Assembly: GCA_037441845.1 (NCBI GenBank)
Contig: JBBIRK010000003.1
Coordinates: 271,711 to 335,710, forward strand
Direction of reading: 5' to 3'
From: Candidatus Zixiibacteriota bacterium
GTDB taxonomy: Bacteria > Zixibacteria > MSB-5A5 > UBA10806 > 4484-95
DNA: 64,000 bases
Position 1 is the first letter of the stretch. Every line of letters starts with the position of its first letter. Under the pieces are notes generated by a model that was not told the DNA's origin, did no database searches, and saw only the letters and a list, made by a program, of their open reading frames with translations. Made by a program: the position numbers and the translations under genes. Shown here piece after piece: positions 9,415-17,356 of the stretch.

Positions 9415-11670
9415 ATGGCATTAAGAATCAACCACAACATCACGGCTCTGGATGCCTGGCGCAATTTGACCAATACCACGCGCAAGATGGGCGTGACGAT
9501 GGAGAAGTTGTCGTCCGGTTTCCGGGTTAACAGGGCAGCCGATGATCCGGCCGGCCTGGTTATTTCCGAGCAGTTCAGAGCGCAGATTGCCGGTTTGAAT
9601 CGCGCCGTGCAAAACTCGGAAGGGTCGATCAACATGATTCAGACCGCCGAGGGAGCGCTCAACGAAATCAACAACCTGTTGGTTTCGATGAGAGAACTGG
9701 CAATCCACGCCGCCAACGAAGGTTTCAACGATGCCGATCAGCTTGCCGCTGATCAGGCTGAAATAACCAACGCCATCAGAACCATCAACAGAATCGCCGC
9801 CAACACCCAGTTCGGCACGAAGAAGCTGCTCGATGGTTCCGCGGCAAACGTGGCTGCCATCACGACCTCGAATACCTCGCAGGTCACCTTGACCGAGTCG
9901 CAGTTGCTGGCGGGTGTGCACAGCATCACCGCCGTGAAGCTGACCGAATCGACCGCCACGATCGACACTACGACATTCGGACTTTCGAATCCAGCCAGCC
10001 CATATAACCTGTCCGATGGCGTGCATAACATCGACGTCATCCAAGCTTCCGCAGGCGCAGTGAAGGTGGGTAATGCGATCAGCGCCTTGGACGCTTGGGG
10101 CAAAGGCATTTCGGTAACCGGAACTGCCGCCTCGGTGAGAGCCGCATATATCAGGGCTGCTACCGGCATGACGACAGTGGCCAACAACGTCCAGCATACG
10201 ATCGTCTTCCAGATAAACTATCAGGAGATGGGATCCAATCCAGTCGGAATGCAGACGTTGACGATTCGCACTGATGCCGTTGCGTCATCGGCTCTTGCGG
10301 CCAATATAGTGGCCAAGCTGAACGACGCCATCAACGCAAATACATATCTTGCCGGCAAAGTGCAGGCCACGGTTACGGATGCTGCAGGTGGACCGGACTC
10401 GATCCGTATCGCCACCACCGGAACCGGGACCCAGTATTCGATAGCTGTCGGCAGCATAACCGCCACCAACGCCAGCATCAACTCTGCCTTGAGCGGCTTG
10501 GCTAACCGCAACGATCGTGGTCGTTCCGGCAATCAATTGTCGATAACGGCGCAGTTCGCTTCCAGTTCGACGCTGGTTGACGCCTTTACCCGGACCCGGA
10601 CTTTCGCGATCGGCAGCGGAACGTTCACTACTCTGTCGGCTCTGGTAGCCACGATCAACGCCAAACTGACCCTGGATAGCATCTTCGGTACCTATAACGA
10701 TACAACGGCCGGCGAAGCCCAAAAAGTGTACGCAACCGTTGTGAGCGCCGGCGGTCTTTCATATCTGAAGTTCTACACTTCGGATGAAGGCTCCAAGTAT
10801 TCCTTGAAGATCAACGCCACGGGCGGAACCGCCACGTCGCTCAACACGGCGCTCGGTCTGACTATCGACACGATCGCCAAGACCGGTACTGACGCTATCG
10901 TGCGATTCGACGGCTACAACAACACGATCAACGACGTCCGCTATTTCTTCACCGCATCGCTTTACAACGAGAGCGTAAGCCTTTACACCTCCGACAACAT
11001 CAACACCCGCGGCTCGATCACTCTCGATAGGGCTATGGCCCAGACGAACGGCGGAATTCTCGTCGGCAATATGTTGTTGACCGTGAGAGCCAGAACCTAC
11101 AGCGTTCAGCTCGACGGCGGGCCGGCGACGGTGGTAACCGCTGGACAAAGCGCGACCATCTTCAATTCCCAGCGCGACCAATCGATCTCGGTGCGGTATT
11201 CGCTGAAATCGGAAGGTGGAACCGAGCAACTTTATGTCACCGATCGGTCGCTGGTATTCCAGATCGGCGCGAATGTCGGCCAGACAGCGAGAATCGGCAT
11301 GGACAACATGTCGGCTGATACGCTGGGCCGCAACGTGTCCAATTCTCAATTTGGCAGCCTGGCTGAAATCGACGTGACGACTTCCTCGGGCGCCCAGGAT
11401 GCCCAGCGTGTTATCGATCAGGCGATAACCGAGGTGACCAATGCGCGCGGCAAGCTCGGGTCGTTCCAGAAGAATACTCTGGAATCCAACCTGACCAACC
11501 TCAGGATTGCCGCCCAGAACCTGACGGCTTCTGAATCGACGATTCGCGACACCGACATGGCCAAAGAGATGTCCGAATTCGTCAGACATCAGATTCTGCT
11601 TCAGGCGGGCACGGCGATGCTTGCTCAGGGCAATCAGATACCTCAAGTCGTGCTTTCTTTGTTCCGGTAG
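9415..11670 (+). CDS. fliC: Flagellin, 751 aa, with a large Ser/Thr/Ala-rich variable region
   Basis: MALRINHN...EKLSSGFRVNRAADDPAGL...IQTAEGALNE at the N-terminus; FQIGAN...NLTASESTIRDTDMAKEM...VLSLFR at the C-terminus. Confidence 0.97.
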   Translation: MALRINHNITALDAWRNLTNTTRKMGVTMEKLSSGFRVNRAADDPAGLVISEQFRAQIAGLNRAVQNSEGSINMIQTAEGALNEINNLLVSMRELAIHAANEGFNDADQLAADQAEITNAIRTINRIAANTQFGTKKLLDGSAANVAAITTSNTSQVTLTESQLLAGVHSITAVKLTESTATIDTTTFGLSNPASPYNLSDGVHNIDVIQASAGAVKVGNAISALDAWGKGISVTGTAASVRAAYIRAATGMTTVANNVQHTIVFQINYQEMGSNPVGMQTLTIRTDAVASSALAANIVAKLNDAINANTYLAGKVQATVTDAAGGPDSIRIATTGTGTQYSIAVGSITATNASINSALSGLANRNDRGRSGNQLSITAQFASSSTLVDAFTRTRTFAIGSGTFTTLSALVATINAKLTLDSIFGTYNDTTAGEAQKVYATVVSAGGLSYLKFYTSDEGSKYSLKINATGGTATSLNTALGLTIDTIAKTGTDAIVRFDGYNNTINDVRYFFTASLYNESVSLYTSDNINTRGSITLDRAMAQTNGGILVGNMLLTVRARTYSVQLDGGPATVVTAGQSATIFNSQRDQSISVRYSLKSEGGTEQLYVTDRSLVFQIGANVGQTARIGMDNMSADTLGRNVSNSQFGSLAEIDVTTSSGAQDAQRVIDQAITEVTNARGKLGSFQKNTLESNLTNLRIAAQNLTASESTIRDTDMAKEMSEFVRHQILLQAGTAMLAQGNQIPQVVLSLFR

Positions 11671-11678
11671 TGATTCCA

Positions 11679-11713
11679 GGGGGAGGGCCTTCATCGAGGC
11701 CCTTCCCCGTTTG
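11679..11713 (+). terminator. GC-rich hairpin after flagellin (terminator or stabiliser)
   Basis: GGGGGAGGGCCT-tcatcg-AGGCCCTTCCCC, a 12-bp stem with only a short GTTT tail, so probably leaky toward flaG. Confidence 0.6.
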
Positions 11714-11727
11714 AAAAGGATCTGGCC

Positions 11728-12111
11728 ATGAATACGGAAATAGCCAATGTTGCGCGTATCAAAACCGCTGAGACCAGAACCGTCTTGTTGCGGGATTTGA
11801 TCAGAGCTGGCCAGTCTATTAAAAGCGATTTTCACGTCAAATCGATTTTAAAGGATTCAACCGATACATTGGCCGATTCGGAACGATTAAAGAATAAAAT
11901 CGCCAAAGCCGTTGAGTATTTCGAAAAGTTCGCTCGTGATTTTCAATTCGACCTGCGGTTCTCGGTCGATGAAAGTTCGAATTCGATAGTAATCAAGGTG
12001 TTGGAAAAAGGTACTGATAAAGTTATCAGGCAAATTCCCCCCGATGAAATTTTGAGACTTAGACAGAGGATAAGTGATCTTTTGGGCGCTTTATACGACA
12101 GCAAAGCGTGA
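11728..12111 (+). CDS. flaG: Flagellar protein FlaG
   Basis: LRFSVDESSNSIVIKVLEKGTDKVIRQIPPDEIL...GALYDSKA signature; located between fliC and fliD. Confidence 0.92.
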   Translation: MNTEIANVARIKTAETRTVLLRDLIRAGQSIKSDFHVKSILKDSTDTLADSERLKNKIAKAVEYFEKFARDFQFDLRFSVDESSNSIVIKVLEKGTDKVIRQIPPDEILRLRQRISDLLGALYDSKA

Positions 12112-12294
12112 GATAAGGTTCGGCCGTATTGATTTGTCGCGTCCATACGGCGCCTTGTATCGCTCAAAATCGATTATTTTGGAAAGAAGTTTATTAATGA
12201 TAAGTCTGCGATATAGAATAAACGAAATTTCTTCAATCGAAAAGCGACGGAGCCTGCGGCAATGCGCTCCGGAGGGAATAAATCGAGGTTAACG

Positions 12295-14643
12295 ATGGCA
12301 TACTCGGGCGCGATAGACGGTTTGATCTCCGGGATGAATACGACGAATATCATCGAAACGATCATGAAATTCGAACGGCAGCGGGTGGATCTTTATACCG
12401 CCCGTCAATCCGAACTTACCAATAAAATCACATCATGGAAATCAATCGAGGCGTTGCTTTTGGGATTCAAATCGCAGGCGTCGATTCTCGCCGACGAAAG
12501 ATTTTGGTATGCCCGGTCGGTTGCGGTATCCGACAACGATGTTATCAGCGCCAGCGCATCGACGAACGCTTCTCCGGGTGTCTATTATTTGAATGTCAAT
12601 CGGCTGGCAACCAACCACCAGATCGCCAGCCAGGGTTTCAATATCCAAGAACAAGCGATCGGAACCGGAACGGTAACGATTCAACTCGGTTCGGGACAAA
12701 CAACGACGATAACCATCGATTCCTCAAACAACACACTTGTCGGCTTGAAGAACGCTATAAACAACGCCAACGCCGGTGTCAACGCCGCCATAGTCAGCGA
12801 CGGCTCTTATTCGAATCAGTACCGCTTGGTGTTGACTTCCAAAGAGACAGGTCTGAATTCCACGATCAGTTTCACCGCTAACCTCAGCGGCGGCACCGTC
12901 CCTGATTTTTCCACGCCCCAATTCGACGTTGTCGAAAAATTGAACTGGAACGGCAGCGCAACCTCCTCTCCCGCAGTCGGAGCTTCAGCGGCCTATACCG
13001 GGACCACCAACAAAACTTATACTTTCACCGTGGCCGGCTCCGGGTTGCAGACAGTCGGTTCCGGGGAAATTACACTCGATTGGACCGACGGCACAAACAG
13101 CGGCTCGATCGTAATAAATGCGGCAGACACCGATTTTGCGTTAAGTGGAACCGGTGCCGATGGGTTATCGGTGAGATTTTCGGCCGGTGTGCTCAACGGC
13201 GGAGACAAGTTCCAGATCCAGACTTTCGCTCCGGTGATTCAGGCGGCGCAGAATGCCGAGATTCAATTGGGCAGTTCGTCCGGGGGAGGTTCGCCGATAA
13301 CGATAAGTTCGTCGTCGAACACCTTGAAGAACTTGATTCAGGGCGTAACCGTGGAATTACATGCTCTGACAACGCCGGGAAAGCCGGTGGAAATCCGAAT
13401 CGAGGAAGATCGGAATCAGATAAAAGACCAAATCCGGGAATTCGTAAATAAGTATAACGAGTATCAGGATTTCGTCGATAAGCAGTTTTCCTATAAACAA
13501 GAAACAGGCGTCGCCGGAGTGCTTCTTGGCGAAGGTTCATTGTTGACTCTTCATAACGACGTCCGGGGTTTGCTGAGTCATGTTTACGAGGGCAGAACCA
13601 CCGAATTGAGGATGCTTTCGCAGGTCGGCGTTAAATTCGACTCATCCGGGAAACTCAAATTCGACGAATCGGTGTTCAATAAGAAAATGGACGACGATTT
13701 CCTTGGAGTCGTCAACCTGTTCAAATCGACGGCCACATCCGATTCCGAATTCATAGAATATGTATCCTCCACGGTGAGCACCAAAGCCGCCGTCGATGGC
13801 TATAAAGTCGATATCACTCAGGCGGCTCAAAGAGGAATGTACACCGGAGTAGGAATCGTCAACCCGTTGCAGACACCGTTGGTGATAGATGCGACGAATA
13901 ATGTTCTAAGGTTGAAAATCAATAATAACCTCAGCGGGCTGATCACTCTCGCTCCGAAAACTTACACCTCGGGGGCCGAGCTTGCCCAAGATTTGGAAAA
14001 CGCCATCAACAGCGACCGCACGGCCGCCGCGATAGGGGTCGATGTGGAGTGGGTCGACAACGGTGGAAACGGCAACCTTATATTATACACGAGGACGTAC
14101 GGTTCCAAATCGAGCATAACTATCGAAGATTCGACCGAAACCACCGCTCATTCAGTATTGGGTCTCACCGGCGGAACGGCGACCGCCGGGCAGGATGTGG
14201 CCGGCACAATCAACGGCGAGCCTGCCACCGGCAACGGCCAGTATTTGATAGGCAACTCGGACAATCAAAGCACCGCAGGCTTGAAATTGAAAATAACCGC
14301 AACGCCGGAACAGATTATCGACGGGGTCGAGGGGACCATACTGTTCAACAAGGGAATCGCAGCGCTGCTCGAGGAGAGGCTGAACAGATACACTGACTCG
14401 TATGAAGGCATTCTTAAAGGCAGGACCGATGCCATTCAGAAGCAAGTGGATAATATCGCCAAGCAAATAACCGCGCTCGAGAAACAACTGGAGAGAAAGC
14501 GCGCCGCATTATACAAGCAATTCGCCGCTATGGAGGAGGCCCTCGGCAAATTGAAATCGCAGCAGGAGTATCTTGCCGCCGCGGTAAGTAATCTCTCACA
14601 GCTGAGCGCAACCACGGGGACTAACGCAACTTTCGGTGGGTGA
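12295..14643 (+). CDS. fliD: Flagellar filament cap protein FliD (long, about 782 aa)
   Basis: GLISGMNTTNIIETIMKFER N-terminus, IQGVTVEL, FVNKYN, C-terminal LYKQFAAMEEALGKLKSQQEYL; ATG 12295 after GAGG. Confidence 0.93.
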   Translation: MAYSGAIDGLISGMNTTNIIETIMKFERQRVDLYTARQSELTNKITSWKSIEALLLGFKSQASILADERFWYARSVAVSDNDVISASASTNASPGVYYLNVNRLATNHQIASQGFNIQEQAIGTGTVTIQLGSGQTTTITIDSSNNTLVGLKNAINNANAGVNAAIVSDGSYSNQYRLVLTSKETGLNSTISFTANLSGGTVPDFSTPQFDVVEKLNWNGSATSSPAVGASAAYTGTTNKTYTFTVAGSGLQTVGSGEITLDWTDGTNSGSIVINAADTDFALSGTGADGLSVRFSAGVLNGGDKFQIQTFAPVIQAAQNAEIQLGSSSGGGSPITISSSSNTLKNLIQGVTVELHALTTPGKPVEIRIEEDRNQIKDQIREFVNKYNEYQDFVDKQFSYKQETGVAGVLLGEGSLLTLHNDVRGLLSHVYEGRTTELRMLSQVGVKFDSSGKLKFDESVFNKKMDDDFLGVVNLFKSTATSDSEFIEYVSSTVSTKAAVDGYKVDITQAAQRGMYTGVGIVNPLQTPLVIDATNNVLRLKINNNLSGLITLAPKTYTSGAELAQDLENAINSDRTAAAIGVDVEWVDNGGNGNLILYTRTYGSKSSITIEDSTETTAHSVLGLTGGTATAGQDVAGTINGEPATGNGQYLIGNSDNQSTAGLKLKITATPEQIIDGVEGTILFNKGIAALLEERLNRYTDSYEGILKGRTDAIQKQVDNIAKQITALEKQLERKRAALYKQFAAMEEALGKLKSQQEYLAAAVSNLSQLSATTGTNATFGG

Positions 14644-15083
14644 ACTTGATGCAAGACCAATTGGGAACCTATCAACAGATGCATATTAGCGGCCTGAATC
14701 AAAAGGATCTGATCGTGTCGCTGTATGCCGGGGCTATCAGGTTTATGGAGCAGGGTAAAGAACGTATGGCTAAAAACGACATTCAGGGCACGCACGACAA
14801 TCTCAGCCGAGCCCGGAATATATTCGTTCATCTGCTATCGACGCTCGATATAGAGAAGGGCGGGGAAATAGCGCGTAAACTATCCTCGCTTTATGCTTAT
14901 TTTATCGAAAAGATCACTGTGGCGAATGTAACCAAAAACCAGTCGGAACTAAATGAAATCCTGCCGCTTGTCAGGAATATCAAGGAGTCCTGGGAAGCCA
15001 TCGAAATCGATGGAGACACGCTAAAAAATCCGCGGACAACCGGCGGGTTTGCGCCGATTTGTCGGTTTTCCGCTGAGGTATGA
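14640..15083 (+). CDS. fliS: Flagellin export chaperone FliS
   Basis: LIVSLYAGAIRF...LLSTLDIEKGGEIARKLSSLYAY...IKESWEAI. Confidence 0.93.
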   Translation: MNLMQDQLGTYQQMHISGLNQKDLIVSLYAGAIRFMEQGKERMAKNDIQGTHDNLSRARNIFVHLLSTLDIEKGGEIARKLSSLYAYFIEKITVANVTKNQSELNEILPLVRNIKESWEAIEIDGDTLKNPRTTGGFAPICRFSAEV

Positions 15084-15084
15084 C

Positions 15085-15498
15085 ATGAAATCGACTGAGC
15101 CGTTTCACGATTTGTTGTTGCTGAAAGAACGTTGTTGCGCCGAATTGAAAGCTTTCCTGGATAAAGCCGTTAATGGAAACATGGCCCAAAGACCCTGGGG
15201 ACTCGAGATAGTGGAAAAGGTGGATACTTATCTTCGAAGGATGAAGGATATCGATAGCGAACTCGCCGCAGCCGGCGCGGGCACGATCGATAAAATAGAT
15301 TCGGCATCATTGAATAAGACGCTGGATAATATCGAAAGCTCCTTGAGAGCGGCGATAAGCAACTTGAGATTGTTGCAGTTGCGATTCGCAGCCGCCAAGG
15401 CGCTGGTAGGGGAAAAACTAAAAACGGTTTCGGGCAGCAAAGCGATAAACTACCTCAACGCCGACATGCAAAATCTGTCCGAAATGGTCAGAAGCTGA
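15085..15498 (+). CDS. Hypothetical helical protein in the FliT position
   Basis: 137-aa ORF starting 1 nt after the fliS stop; amphipathic helices; no motif recognised. Confidence 0.55.
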   Translation: MKSTEPFHDLLLLKERCCAELKAFLDKAVNGNMAQRPWGLEIVEKVDTYLRRMKDIDSELAAAGAGTIDKIDSASLNKTLDNIESSLRAAISNLRLLQLRFAAAKALVGEKLKTVSGSKAINYLNADMQNLSEMVRS

Positions 15499-15535
15499 AG
15501 GCGGTGTTCTGTATTTTCCTGAATAGAGGAAAAAG

Positions 15536-16000
15536 ATGAGAATAGACGGCTCCGGATTGCCCGTTCGTTTCAATCGCGAAAATAGTAAATCTGAACGGAG
15601 AGCGGACAAACCATCCGAACATCACGACTCGATCGACTTGCGTAAAACCGTCGAGCCTGAAAATCCGGTCTATTCGATCGAAATCCGTCGGTCGGACGAT
15701 GAGGGTAAGAAACTACCGATCGACATATTGAGCGAATTGAGGCATAGATCCACCGATGGTTATTATGATAAAGATGAGATTCGCCGCAGGACTTCGGAAA
15801 AAATAATCGACAGCGCCGAGTTCAGCGACGTGGTTTCCGATTTTTACAACTCGAGAGTTTCGAACGACGCAGCCAAGTATTCGTTAAACAACGAGGAAAA
15901 GATCGCCGAAATGCGCAAAAAAGCGGCCACTGGTTTTTACGATGATCCTGCGAATTTCGGCGCTTTCGCCGATAAACTGATCAAGTATTTCGGTCTATGA
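15536..16000 (+). CDS. Protein with two FlgM-like anti-sigma28 repeats
   Basis: MRID N-terminus, DSIDL, then LSELRHRSTDGYYD...TSEKII and EKIAEMRKKAATGFYD...FADKLI; SD GAGGA. Confidence 0.6.
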   Translation: MRIDGSGLPVRFNRENSKSERRADKPSEHHDSIDLRKTVEPENPVYSIEIRRSDDEGKKLPIDILSELRHRSTDGYYDKDEIRRRTSEKIIDSAEFSDVVSDFYNSRVSNDAAKYSLNNEEKIAEMRKKAATGFYDDPANFGAFADKLIKYFGL

Positions 16001-16022
16001 CTGATTGAATTCCGATTGGATT

Positions 16023-16925
16023 ATGCCTGAAATCGCAACCGCCGCCGAAAAGAAGATAAAATCCATACTGGGCAGAATCAACAACCTGCCCACGCCGCCG
16101 ATTGTATTCGCCCAAGTCAATAAGGTGCTGAACGATCCTGATACCTCGGCTTACCAAATCGGGGCGATATTATCTGAAGACCCGGCGCTCTCGGCAAAAA
16201 TACTGAAAATGACCAATTCGGCATTTTATGGTTTGTCACGCACCGTGACCAGCGTGAAACAGGCGATCGTGATTCTCGGTCTTGATGCCGTCAAGAGTCT
16301 TGTGTTGTCGGCCTCGGTTTTCGATACGTTCGCCCGTCATTATAAAATCGATCGCGCATATCTCGATTTGTTCTGGCGGCATTCGCTGCAAGTAGCATTC
16401 ATGGCCAGAATCATATCGAGGACGAAAAACTTCCCCTCTCTTCTCGAGGCCGAGGAATCGTTTTCGGCGGGACTTCTTCACGACATCGGAAGACTGGTGA
16501 TATTCGCTCATTTGCCCGAAGAATTCGCCAAAATTTCCGCAAGCGCGGGCAATAATCATGGGGCGCACCTGGCAAGAATCGAGGAGGAAATTCTCGGCTT
16601 CGATCATGCAGCCGTGGGCGGTCTGCTTTGTATCAAATGGAACCTGCCGCAGGGTCTCGGCGAGGCGATCTCCAATCATCATCAACCGGAAAACACGCCG
16701 GATAATATGACTACTCATATAATCCATGTGGCCGATTATCTTGCCTGGAAAGCCTCTATGGACGCCGACACGGTCGATGATAACGATATAAAATTGCCCG
16801 AAAAATGCGGACTTTCCTGGGAAAAGCTCAACTTGACGGAAGAAAAGGAAAAGAACCTGATCGAGACCTTGCGCACGGAATACGGCAAGGCGGAGACGTT
16901 CCTGAAAATGGCCCAAGGCGGATGA
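16023..16925 (+). CDS. Stand-alone HDOD domain protein
   Basis: LPTPP, DPALSAKILKMTNSAFYG, FWRHS, AGLLHDIG, FDHAAVG...WNLP...HH. Alternative TTG start at 16005. Confidence 0.92.
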   Translation: MPEIATAAEKKIKSILGRINNLPTPPIVFAQVNKVLNDPDTSAYQIGAILSEDPALSAKILKMTNSAFYGLSRTVTSVKQAIVILGLDAVKSLVLSASVFDTFARHYKIDRAYLDLFWRHSLQVAFMARIISRTKNFPSLLEAEESFSAGLLHDIGRLVIFAHLPEEFAKISASAGNNHGAHLARIEEEILGFDHAAVGGLLCIKWNLPQGLGEAISNHHQPENTPDNMTTHIIHVADYLAWKASMDADTVDDNDIKLPEKCGLSWEKLNLTEEKEKNLIETLRTEYGKAETFLKMAQGG

Positions 16926-17151
16926 CATTCCTCTCTTGAAACCATGAACTATGCACTTATAATAAGCGGCAATCCGACCATTTTACGTGGAACGCGTCTG
17001 GTTTTCGGTCAAAACCGCCGGCGATTGATGGAATGTTTGAATTGTAGCGGGGGAACCGGCCGATTCACAATTGGGTTTTCAAAGCAAAATCTGAAAGTTT
17101 AATGAGGACGATATTACAAAATCATATAGAGGGGTGATGGTCAGTTTTCGC

Positions 17152-17181
17152 TTGACTGAGAAAAAGTATGGCTTTTATTAT
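17152..17181 (+). promoter_or_regulatory. Sigma70-type promoter of tRNA-Val/thrS
   Basis: TTGACT-N18-TATTAT, 14 nt upstream of the tRNA. Confidence 0.5.
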
Positions 17182-17195
17182 AAAATTTTATTGAT

Positions 17196-17269
17196 GGGCG
17201 ATTAGCTCAGATGGTTAGAGTGCTTGCTTGACATGCAAGAGGTCACTGGTTCGATCCCAGTATCGCCCA
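17196..17269 (+). tRNA. tRNA-Val(GAC)
   Basis: Acceptor GGGCGAT/ATCGCCC, anticodon arm CTTGC-TTGACAT-GCAAG, T-arm GGTTCGATCCC; CCA not encoded. Confidence 0.96.
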
Positions 17270-17356
17270 TTTCGAGCGAGATTCGGAGATGTGATTTAGA
17301 CAGAATGATAAAAGTGAACATTCCGAGCCGATAGGCATTTAGTTATATCCAAAAAT

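Noticed and set aside
9850..11250. Enzymatic (flagellinolysin-type) domain in the flagellin variable region
   Set aside because: No HExxH or other catalytic motif in the translated insert.
10759..11835. Long antisense ORFs (e.g. 358 aa here; also 2245-3117, 25397-26347, 56172-57107)
   Set aside because: They shadow well-supported genes on the opposite strand, lack motifs, and are expected from codon bias.
12181..12220. Sigma28 promoter for fliD
   Set aside because: A TGCGATAT -10-like element exists, but there is no -35 element at the correct spacing.
16944..17102. 52-aa ORF containing CxxC
   Set aside because: No SD, it starts inside a promoter-like element, and no family is recognisable.
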